64,000 bases of DNA, from positions 64,001 through 128,000 of the forward strand of contig CAVYBH010000002.1 in NCBI GenBank assembly GCA_963766715.1, in the 5' to 3' direction. The notes below the pieces were generated by a model. It did no database searches, had not been told where the DNA came from, and saw nothing but the letters and a program-made list of their open reading frames with translations. Numbering within the stretch: position 1 is the first letter of the stretch; every line of letters begins with the position of its first letter. Origin of the DNA: an uncultured delta proteobacterium (GTDB taxonomy: Bacteria > Myxococcota > Myxococcia > Myxococcales > Anaeromyxobacteraceae). The position numbers and the translations under genes are program-made. Shown here piece after piece: positions 49,991-59,480 of this stretch.

Positions 49991-50007
49991 GGGATTAGGA
50001 GGAGGAC

Positions 50008-51246
50008 ATGGTCGAGCATCTCCTCATCGCGCTGGTGGTCCTGCTGGTCGGAGCCAAGCTGGGCGGGGCACTCGCCGAGCGGTTCGGGCAGCCCGCGGTC
50101 CTGGGCGAGCTGCTCGCCGGCGTCCTCATCGGGGCGCTGCCGCTCGTCGGGTTCGGCCAGCTCTCCTTCATCGCCACGAACGACGTCGTGGACGCGCTCG
50201 CCGACCTGGGCGTGATCCTGCTGCTCTTCGAGGTCGGGCTCTCCACGCGGCTCGCCGACCTCATGAAGGTCGGCCTCTCCGCCTTCCTGGTGGCGACCGT
50301 CGGGGTGGTGGCCCCCATGATCCTCGGCTACTTCGTCGGGGTCTGGCTGCTCCCCGACGCGAGCTCGTACGTCCACGTCTTCCTGGGCGCGACCCTCTCG
50401 GCGACGAGCGTCGGCATCACCGCCCGCGTCCTCCAGGACATGGGGAAGGTGAAGACCTCCGAGGGGCAGATCATCCTCGGGTGCCGCGGTCATCGACGAC
50501 GTGATGGGGCTGCTCGTGCTCGCCGTGATGGTCGGGCTCCTGGGCGGCAGCACCCGCGAGCACCGGCGTCACCGCGGCCATCGTCACGGCCAAGGCCGTG
50601 GGGTTCATCGTGGGCGCGCTCGTGCTCGGCCGCTGGCTCGCCCCGCGCCTCTTCCGGCTGACGGCCCGGCTGCGCGGGCGCGGCGTGGTCTTCACGGCGG
50701 CGCTCGTCACCGCCTTCGTGCTCGCGCTCGCCGCGCACCTGGCCGGGCTGGCCCCCATCGTCGGGGCCTTCGCGGCCGGGCTCGTGCTCGAGGGCGTCCC
50801 CTTCGGCGAGCTGCTGCCCGAGGGAGAGAGCCTGGAGCACCTGCTCATGCCGCTCTCCGCCCTGCTCGTCCCCATCTTCTTCGTTCGCATGGGACTCCGG
50901 GTGAACCTTCCGGAGCTGGCCGGCGGATCGGTGGCGCTCGCGGCCGGGCTCACCGTGGCCGCCATCCTCGGCAAGCAGGCCTGCGCGCTCGCCGTCGTGA
51001 ACCGCGGGGTGGACCGGCTGGCGGTCGGCCTGGGCATGATCCCGCGCGGGGAGGTCGGCCTGATCTTCGCCGGCATGGGGCTCGACATGAAGCTCCAGGG
51101 CGTGCCCGTGCTGGGCAGCGGGGAGTTCGCCGCCGTGGTGGCCATGGTGATGCTCACCACCGTCGTGACGCCGCCGCTCGCTGCGCTGGCGCCTCTCCCG
51201 GGGCAGGCCGATATCGGCTCCCGCGGGGCAGCCCTCCGGCGGCTGA
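50008..51246 (+). CDS. CPA2 cation:proton antiporter (NapA-like; frameshifted)
   Basis: QPAVLGELLAG, LLLFEVGL, ATSVGITARVL, AVIDDV, GMIPRGEVGLIFA. Confidence 0.92.
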
Positions 51247-51327
51247 GCCGACCCGGCCGGGTCGCACGCCCCGGGCGTCCTCGCGGTCCCCGCGGAAGCC
51301 CGGTGTAGGATCGACGCCGGAGAACGC

Positions 51328-52615
51328 GTGGATCCCTACGAACCGCTCCTCTCGCTCGGCCTCGCCGTCGCCGCGGGCCTGCTCATCGGCCTGGAGCGGG
51401 AGCAGTCCGCGCCGACCGATCGGTTCACCGAGTCGTTCCTGGGCGGGGCGAGGACCTATCCGCTGGTCGCGCTCGCCGGCGCGCTCGCCGCGCTCCTCGG
51501 GCGCCACTTCGGCGCCCCGATGGTGGTCGCCACCTTCGCCGCCGTGGTGGTCTTCCTGGTCGTCTCCTACGTCGACGTGGTCCGGCGCGGGTCGGACCGG
51601 GGAATCACCTCCGAGGCCGCCTTCCTCGTCACCTTCCTCCTCGGGGCGATCGCCGTGCTCGCAGGACCTCATCCCGCAGGCGGGGCGACGGGTCTTCACG
51701 GTGCTCTCCACCGCCGTGGTCGTGACCGCGCTCCTCTCCTCGAAGCCCATCGTCCAGCCGCTCATGCGCCGCGTCTCCCGCGAGGACGTGGTGAGCGTGC
51801 TCAAGTTCCTCATCGTCGCGCTGGTGCTCGTGCCCTGGCTGCCCGACCGGAACTTCGGTCCGCTCGGGGCCCTCAATCTGCGGGTCATCGGCTGGATGAT
51901 GCTGCTCGTGGCCGGCGTCAGCTTCGTCGGCTACGCGGCCACGCGGCTGCTCGGACCGGAGCGCGGCCTCACCGTCACCGGCTTCGTGGGGGGGCTGGTC
52001 TCCTCCACGGCCGTCACCCTCGCCATGTCGGCCCGGTCCAAGGCGGACAAGGCCATGGAGCGGCCGGCGGCGCTGGCCGTGGTGCTCGCCTCGTCGATCG
52101 TGTTCGTGCGGGTGCTCGCCGTGGTCGCCTTCGTGAACTTCCAGCTCGCGGCGGCCATGGCCGTGCCCATGCTCGCCATGGCGCTGGTGGGGCTCGTGGC
52201 CTGCGCGTTCCTCTACCGCCACTCGACCCAGCACCGGACGGGCGAGCCGCTCCCGCTCAAGAACCCGGTCAGCCTCTCCTCGGCCTTCGAGTTCGCGCTC
52301 CTCTTCGCCGCGGTGCTCGCCGGCTCCAAGGCGGCGAGCCACTACCTGGGCTCGGCCGGCGTCTACGGCGCTGCGCTGCTCGCCGGCACCGCGGACATGG
52401 ACGCCATCGCGCTCTCCATGGCCGACCTGGCCGGAGACCAGGTGGCGCTGCCGGTGGCGGCCACGGCCGTGGTGCTCGCCGGCGTCACCAACACCCTCGT
52501 GAAGGGGGGAATGGCGCTCGCCCTCGGGAGCTGGGGCTACGCACGCATCGTCCTCATGTCCTTCGTCGCCATCCTGGCGGCCGGAGGGCTCTCGCTCCTC
52601 GCCGTATGGAGGTAG
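51328..52615 (+). CDS. MgtC/SapB-DUF4010 membrane protein (frameshift near 51660)
   Basis: GLLIGLERE, GARTY, GITSE; GGLVSSTAVT, DMDAI, TNTLVKG. Confidence 0.88.
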
Positions 52616-52625
52616 GCTCTGGGGC

Positions 52626-54101
52626 GTGCCCACCGGCGAGCCCTTCACCACCGCGCTCCTGCTCACCACCGGTGGCCTCCTTCTCGCCGCGAGCGTCCTC
52701 TTCTCGGGGGCGACCCGGCGGCTGGGGATGCCGGTGGGGCTGTTCTTCGTGGCCATCGGCATGCTGGCCGGCCGCGAGGGGCTCGGCATCGCCTTCGAGG
52801 ACTACGCCTTCGCCTGGCGCCTCGGGACCGTGGCCCTGGCGCTCATCCTCTTCGACGGCGGGCTCAACACCCCCGCGGCGTCCTTCCGGGTCGCGCTGGC
52901 GCCCGCGGCGGTGCTGGCCACGGCCGGCGTCCTCGCCACCGCCGGGCTGGTGGGCGCATTCGCCCACTTCCTCGGCCTGCCCTGGGAGCAGGCCCTGCTC
53001 CTCGGCGCCGTGGTCTCGTCCACCGACGCAGCGGCGGTCTTCTCCATCCTCCGGACGAGCGGCATCCAGCTCAAGCGGAGGGTGGGGGCGACGCTGGAGC
53101 TCGAGTCGGGCCTGAACGACCCGATGGCGGTCATCCTCACCGAGGCGCTCACCTCCCAGCTCGTCTCGGGGCGCCCGCTCGGGTGGGCCACGGTCCTCGA
53201 CGTGGTGCTCAAGCTCGGGGTGGGCGCGATCGCCGGGCTCGCCATCGGCTCCGGCGGCCGCTGGGTCCTCGGGAAGACGCGCCTCCCCGTGGGCGGCCTC
53301 TACCCGGTGCTGACCACGGCCATCGCGCTCCTCGCCTTCGGCATCCCGGAGCTGATCCACGGGAGCGGCTTCCTCTCGGTGTACCTGGCAGCGGTCCTCA
53401 TCGGCAACGGTCCGCTGCCGTTCAAGGGCGGGGTCCTGCGAGCCCACGACGCCGGCGCCTGGTTCCTCCAGGTCTCGATGTTCCTCGTGCTGGGGCTCCT
53501 GGGAAGGCCCTCCTCCCTGCTCGCCAGCGGCCTCATGGGGCTCGCGCTCGGCTTCTTCCTGCTCGTGGCCCGGCCGCTGGTCGTCGTGCCCATGCTGGCC
53601 GCCTTCGGGTTCCGGTGGCCGGAGCGGCTCTACGTGGGGTGGGTGGGGCTGCGCGGGGCGGTCCCCATCATCCTCGCCATGGTCCCCGTCCTGGCCCGGG
53701 CCCCGGGGGCGGAGACCATCTGGAACGCGGTCTTCTTCATCGTGCTCGTGAACATCACGGTCCTCGGGCTCACCGTCCGGCGCGGGGCGAGCCGGCTCGA
53801 CCTCCAGACGGCCCGGCCCCCGCCGCCGCAGGGGCTCATCGAGATCTCGCCGAGCCGCCCGCTCGACGCCGACATCGAGGTCTTCTACGTCGACCCCGCC
53901 TCGGCGGTGGCCGGATCGGCGATCGCCGATCTCCCGCCGTTCCCGGCGGGCTCCTCGGTGCTCATGATCCTGCGCGCCGACGACCTGCTCCCCGCGCGCG
54001 GCGCGACCGTCCTCGAGCCGGGGGATCACGTCTACCTGCTCACCCGCCCGGAGGACCGGGGCTTCGTCCACCTCCTCTTCGGCGATTCGGAGGAGGGTTG
54101 A
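52626..54101 (+). CDS. cvrA: K+/H+ antiporter NhaP2/CvrA with C-terminal TrkA-C domain
   Basis: LILFDGGL, SSTDAAAVFS, LELESGLNDPMA, WVGLRGAVPIILA, RGATVLEPGD. Confidence 0.9.
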   Translation: MPTGEPFTTALLLTTGGLLLAASVLFSGATRRLGMPVGLFFVAIGMLAGREGLGIAFEDYAFAWRLGTVALALILFDGGLNTPAASFRVALAPAAVLATAGVLATAGLVGAFAHFLGLPWEQALLLGAVVSSTDAAAVFSILRTSGIQLKRRVGATLELESGLNDPMAVILTEALTSQLVSGRPLGWATVLDVVLKLGVGAIAGLAIGSGGRWVLGKTRLPVGGLYPVLTTAIALLAFGIPELIHGSGFLSVYLAAVLIGNGPLPFKGGVLRAHDAGAWFLQVSMFLVLGLLGRPSSLLASGLMGLALGFFLLVARPLVVVPMLAAFGFRWPERLYVGWVGLRGAVPIILAMVPVLARAPGAETIWNAVFFIVLVNITVLGLTVRRGASRLDLQTARPPPPQGLIEISPSRPLDADIEVFYVDPASAVAGSAIADLPPFPAGSSVLMILRADDLLPARGATVLEPGDHVYLLTRPEDRGFVHLLFGDSEEG

Positions 54102-54144
54102 GGCGCCGCGCGGCCAATCGGGTACGATGCGCGCTGGAGGTTGG

Positions 54145-54747
54145 ATGAAGCTCTATTACGTGCCGAAGACGCGGGCCACGCGCCCGCGATGGGTTCTCGA
54201 GGAGCTGGGCATCCCGTACGACCTCGTCCGGCTCGATCCGGGCAAGGGCATGACGCGGACGCCGGAGCACCTGGGGCGCCACCCGCTCGGGCACGTCCCG
54301 GTGCTGGAGGATCGCGGCCACTTCATCTTCGAGTCGGGCGCCATCTGCCTTCACCTGGCGGACCTCTTCCCGGAGAAGCGGCTCCTGCCGCCGGTCGGGT
54401 CGGTCGAGCGGGGGCACGCCTACCAGTGGGTGCTCTTCGCGATGGCCGAGCTCGAGCCGCCGCTCGTCGTCCTCTCGGCCGAGGCGAAGAAGCCCGACGC
54501 CGAGCGGAACGACGCGGTGGTGACCGCCGCCCGGGTCCGGTTCCACCAGTCCGCCGAGGTCCTCGAGGCGGTCCTCCGCGATCGCAAGTACCTGGTGGGC
54601 GACGCCTTCGGCGTGGCCGACGTCATGATCGGCGCCACGCTGGCCTGGGCGCGCGGCATGCGGCTCATCGACGCCATGCCGGCGCTCGAGGGCTACCTCT
54701 CCCGCCTGCGGGAGCGCCCGGCCTGGAAGCAGGCGCTGGCGGACTGA
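54145..54747 (+). CDS. Glutathione S-transferase family protein
   Basis: TRATRPRWVLEELG, HPLGHVPVL, FESGAI, FGVADV, ERPAW; GGAGG SD. Confidence 0.93.
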   Translation: MKLYYVPKTRATRPRWVLEELGIPYDLVRLDPGKGMTRTPEHLGRHPLGHVPVLEDRGHFIFESGAICLHLADLFPEKRLLPPVGSVERGHAYQWVLFAMAELEPPLVVLSAEAKKPDAERNDAVVTAARVRFHQSAEVLEAVLRDRKYLVGDAFGVADVMIGATLAWARGMRLIDAMPALEGYLSRLRERPAWKQALAD

Positions 54748-54760
54748 GCGGGAGGCCCAC

Positions 54761-55159
54761 GTGTCCCCCGAGGAGATCGCCGTCCTGGACGCCAACTCGG
54801 CGTTCTACCGCGCCTTCGTCCGCCGCGACCTGCGCGCCATGGAGCAGCTGTGGGCGATGGGCTCGCCCGTGGCCTGCGTCCACCCCGGCTGGGACATCCT
54901 GCGCGGGCGCGACGCCGTCATGGAGAGCTGGAGGTCGCTCATCGAGGGCGAGACGCCCGCCATCTCCTGCGGAGCGGCCTCGGCCCACGTCGCGGGCGAC
55001 GTGGCCTGGGTCGTCTGCCGGGAGCGCATCCAGGGGGGGCCGGTGCTGGCGGCCACGAACGTCTTCGTCCGGGAGGACGGAGCGTGGCGGCTCTGCCTGC
55101 ACCAGGCGGGGCTCGTGGCCCAGCAGAGCGACGAGCCACCCCCGGGCGCCCAGGCCTGA
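54761..55159 (+). CDS. SnoaL/NTF2-like protein
   Basis: ANSAFYRAF..DL.AM..W, CVHPGW, ATNVF..W...HQA. Confidence 0.88.
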   Translation: MSPEEIAVLDANSAFYRAFVRRDLRAMEQLWAMGSPVACVHPGWDILRGRDAVMESWRSLIEGETPAISCGAASAHVAGDVAWVVCRERIQGGPVLAATNVFVREDGAWRLCLHQAGLVAQQSDEPPPGAQA

Positions 55160-55165
55160 CGGGGA

Positions 55166-56279
55166 CTACCTCGGCGCCGCCGCCCAGGCCGCGAGCACCT
55201 GGCCTTCCCGCTCCCGGCTGAGGCCGGCGCGCAGCTTGGCGGTCCGGTCCGCCGGCAGGGTCTTCCACCAGTCGAGCGTGTCCTTCGCGGTCTCCCGCAG
55301 CGGGCGGAACCGAAGGCCTGCCGCCACGGCCCGGGCGATCGAGACCTGGGACATCCCGCTCTCCGCCGTTCCGGCCGGGATCCACACCGGCATGTCCCCC
55401 CAGGGCTCGACCTTCTGCGCCTCGAGGAAGGGCCAGGGCACCCAGACCAGGTTCGCCTTCGCGCCGGTTCCCGCCTGGCAGTCGGCGAGCATCCTCCGCA
55501 TCGAGGTGCGCTCCGCCGGCCCCACGGCGTTGAAGGTGCCGGTGGCCCGCCGGCCGGACATCTCCACCATCCACGTTCCGAGGTCCCGGACGTCGATGAC
55601 CTGGATCGGATCGTCGCCGGTTCCCGGGGCGAGCACGTCGCCTCCCTGGGAGAGCCGGACCGGCCAGTAGGTGAAGCGGTCGGTCGGGTCCCCGGGCCCG
55701 ACGATGAGGCCCGGCCGCACCACCAGCGCGCGCCCGGGCATGGCCGCCTCGGCGGCCCGCTCGCAGGCGGCCTTGAGCGCGCCGTAGTTCGCCCGGACGT
55801 CCTCGGTGGCCGGGTCGGACAGGACGGCGAGCTTCGCGTTCTCGTCCGAGCCTGGGGGGATGGACTCGTCGTAGACCGAGATGGACGAGACGAAGACGTA
55901 GCGGTCGACGGCGGGGGCGAGCAGCTCGGCCGACATCTTCACGAGGCGCGGCACGTACCCGGACGTGTCGATGGCCACGTCCCACTTCCGCCCCTTCAGC
56001 GCGTCGAGCTGGCCATTGCGATCGCCGTGGAGCTGCTCGACGTCGGTGAACTTCCCTGGGTTCGTCTTCCCGCGGTTGAAGAGCGTGACCACGTCGCCCC
56101 GCGCGCGCGCCGCCTCGACCAGGGCGGGCCCCAGGAAGCCCGTGCCCCCGAGGATGAGGATCTTCGACGGAGCGCCCGACAGCGGGCGAGGAGCCGCCCG
56201 GAGCGCCGGTGCGGGGAGCGGCGCACGCGGCGAGCGTGGCCAGGGAGGCCTGGAGGAAGTCGCGACGGGTGAGGGCCAT
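55166..56279 (-). CDS. Tat-signal NAD-dependent epimerase/dehydratase (extended SDR; frameshift near 56170)
   Basis: MALTRRDFL...LAAC; KILILGGTGFLG, FVSSISVY, YGALK, RPGLIVGPGD. Confidence 0.88.
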
Positions 56280-56287
56280 GGGATCTC

Positions 56288-57209
56288 TCAGTGGCGGAAT
56301 TCGGCCGCCATCCGCCTGCGCAGCCGTTCGTCGGGCATGGGGCCCGCGCCGGCGGCGAGGTTGTCCTTCTGGTGGTCCGGCTTGCTGGTGGCCGGGATGG
56401 CGCACGTGACGGCGGGGTGGGAGACGACGAACTTGAGGAAGAACTGGGCCCAGGAGGTCGCGCCGATCTCGCCGGCCCACGCCGGGAGCGGCTTGCCGCG
56501 GACCGCGGCGAAGAGGGCGCCCTCCTCGAAGGGGCGCATGACCAGCACCGCCGTGCCGCTGTCGGCCGCGGCGGGCAGCAGCCGCTTCTCGGCCTCCCGC
56601 GAGCCGATCGAGTAGGGGAGCTGGACGAAGTCGAGCTTCTCGGTGGCGAGCATCCGCTCGAGCAAGCGGGAAGGCCGACTGCGCGTAGTGGGTCACGCCG
56701 AGGTAGCGGATGCGCCCCTGCTCCTTCCAGGCGCGGAGCACGGGGAGGTGGGTCTCCCAGTCGAGGAGGTTGTGCACCTGCATGAGGTCGATGCGGTCGG
56801 TCCGGAGCCGCTTCAGGGACTCCCGCATCTGCGCCTCGCCGGCGGCGCGGCCGGTGGTCCAGACCTTGGTGGCCAGGAACGGGCGCGGCTCCGGACCGGC
56901 CGCGGCGAGCAGGTCGCCCGCGACGCCCTCGGCACGCCCGTACATCGGCGAGGAGTCGACGACGCGCCCGCCGCCGGCGAGGAACAGGCGAACGACCTCG
57001 GCGAGCGGGGCCCGCTCCCCGGACGACGTGCCCACGTCGAAGGTCTGCCAGGTCCCGAGGCCGATGACGGGGAGCCGCTCGGCGCTTCGCGGAATGGGGC
57101 GATCCACCATCGCGGCACCTCCTCCGGCGGCCCGGGCCCGGCCCGCCAGGGACAGCATGCTCCCGGCCGACACCTGAAGGAAATGGCGGCGGGTCATCGG
57201 GAAGGTCAC
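56288..57209 (-). CDS. Tat-signal aldo/keto reductase (frameshift near 56665)
   Basis: MTRRHFL signal; IGLGTW, DSSPMY, ATKVW, QVHNL catalytic tetrad D/Y/K/H, IPATS. Confidence 0.9.
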
Positions 57210-58547
57210 CGGCCTCCCGGTCTCCGGTCCGGACCGCGGCCCGTCCCGGGAAGCTCGCGGCGCCGCTCCTCGCGGGCCTGCCACAGGGCGAGCGCCACGC
57301 CCGCCAGCCCCACCGGCACCGCCAGGAGCAGGCTGCCCGAGACCCCGGCGCCGGCGGCCGAGAGCCCGCGGGCCAGCCAGGCCGAGCCCGCATCGCCGGC
57401 CCGGTAGACCACCGTGTCGATGAAGGCCTTCGACTTGTATCGCTCCTCGCGGGTCACCACGGTGTAGAGGACCTCCCGGGCCGGTCTCTCCACCGAATAG
57501 CTGGCGGCGCGGCGCAGCGCCTGAAAGGCGGCCAGGACCCAGAAGGTGGGCCAGCCGGCGACCAGCGCGAACCCGGCCGCCGTGAGCGCCGGGACGAAGG
57601 CCAGGGCGGCGCCGAGGCCGGCCCAGCCGACGAGCCGCCCGGTGGCCAGCGAGCCGGTGAGCAGCGCGGCGACGTTCACCGCCAGGTCCACGCGCGCGAA
57701 GAGGCGCGTCCGCGACGCGGAGTCGAGCCCGGACGCGGCCACCAGGTGGGCGACCTGGTAGTAGAGCAAGGTCGAGCCCAGGGTGAAGAGGAGCATCTGC
57801 CCCGCGATGGCGAGGAGGTAGCGGTCGCGGAACACGAGGGTCAGCCCGCTCCAGGCGCCCCCGCCCAGCGGTCCCCCCTCGTCCCGCGCCGCCCTCCGCG
57901 GCTCGCGCCTCGGCCGCGCCGCTCCGGTGCGACCAGGCGATGACCCGTCGCATGGCCTGCGTGGCGCCCTCGAGCAGGAGGGCCGAGAGGAGGACCAGGT
58001 TCGGCACGCCGATCAGGCCGACCACGAGGTCGACCGCGGCGGGGCCCGCGATCGCGCCTGCGCTCCCCCCGGCGGCGACGAAGCCGAACAGGCGCTTCCC
58101 CTGGTCCGACGTGAACAGGTCGACGAGCAGGGACCAGAAGACCGACACCACGAAGAGGCCGTAGACGCTGACCCAGACGAAGAAGGCGCGGGCCACCGCC
58201 GCCGGCGCGACCCCGATGCGCAGGAGGACCCAGAACCCGACCAGGGTGACGAGGAAGAAGCGGTAGACGAGCGGGATGGCCCGGGCCCGCGGCAGGCGGG
58301 CGACCAGCCGCGAGTAGAGGGGCAGGGCGACGAGCATCAGGGCGAAGGTCGCCGTGAAGTTCCAGGGAAGGTTCTCCACCCCGCCGCGGATGCCCATCTC
58401 CTCGCGGAGCGAGCGCAGCACGTAGTACCCGGCGAGCAGCGAGAAGAAGGAGCCGAAGGCCCACGCCGCAGTCGCTCCCTCGCCCGGCCGGGCGTCGACG
58501 AGGCGCGCCAGGGGTCCTGCACGAGGGGAGCGTTCGGATCCGCGCAC
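57206..58547 (-). CDS. NTP/NDP exchange transporter-like MFS protein (Npt/TLC-like; frameshift near 57880)
   Basis: YYVLRSLREEMG, SVFWS..DLF..QGKRLFGF..GG..GAI.GP, PAREVLYT..RYKSKAFIDTVVYRAGD. Confidence 0.85.
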
Positions 58548-58574
58548 GGCGCCGGACTCTACTAGAAGACCGGG

Positions 58575-59454
58575 ATGGAAGAGATCCGGCTCCGGGCCGG
58601 CGGCATCGACTTCTTCGCCCTCGCGGACGGCCCTCCCGGCGGTCCGCTCGTGCTGCTGCTGCACGGGTTCCCGGAGCTGTCCCGTTCCTGGCGCCACCAG
58701 CTCCCCGCGCTGGCCGCGGCGGGGTACCGCGCCGTGGCGCCCGACCTCCGAGGCTACGGCCGGACCGGCAAGGACGGTCCGTACGATCTGGGGACGCTCT
58801 CCCGCGACGTGCGGGACCTGGTCCGGGCGCTCGGCCGGGAGCGCGCGGTCGTGGTGGGGCACGACTGGGGCGGCGCGGTCGCCTGGGCGACGGCCGTGCT
58901 GGAGCCCGGGTGGTGGAGCGGCTGGTGGTGATGAACTGCCCGCACCCTGGCGTCATGGCCGACGAGCTTCGGGGCAACGTCCGCCAGATGCTGCGCTCCT
59001 GGTACATGCTCCTCTTCCAGATCCCCTGGCTTCCGGAGTGGCTCCTCACCCGCCGACGGGGGAGCGGCGGTCGGGCGCTCCCTGCGGGGCGGCTCCCACG
59101 TGCGCGAGGCCTGGCCGCGCGAGGAGACGGCCCACTACCAGCGGGCCATGCTCGAGCCGGGCGCGGCCCGCGGCGCCCTCGGCTACTACCGCGCCATCTT
59201 CCGGGCACCCGCTCTCGCTGCGCCGGGAGGGGCGGGCCCACCCCATCGCCGCGCCCACCCTGATCGTCTGGGGAGCGAGGGACCGCTTCCTGGGGCAGGA
59301 GACCATCGCGCCGGAGCGGATGGCGCCCTACCTCGCCCCGGGGAACCGGGCCGAGGTGGTGCTCCTCGGGGAGGCGGGCCACTTCGTCCAGAGCGAGGCC
59401 CCGGAGCGGGTGAACGAGGCGCTCCTGGGCTGGCTCGGCCGGCCGCGCGCCTGA
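58575..59454 (+). CDS. Alpha/beta hydrolase, epoxide hydrolase-like (frameshifted)
   Basis: LLHGFPE, PDLRGYG, GHDWGG (Asp nucleophile), WGARD, AGHFVQ. Confidence 0.9.
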
Positions 59455-59480
59455 ACGCGCCTCCCGTCGCGGGATGCGCT

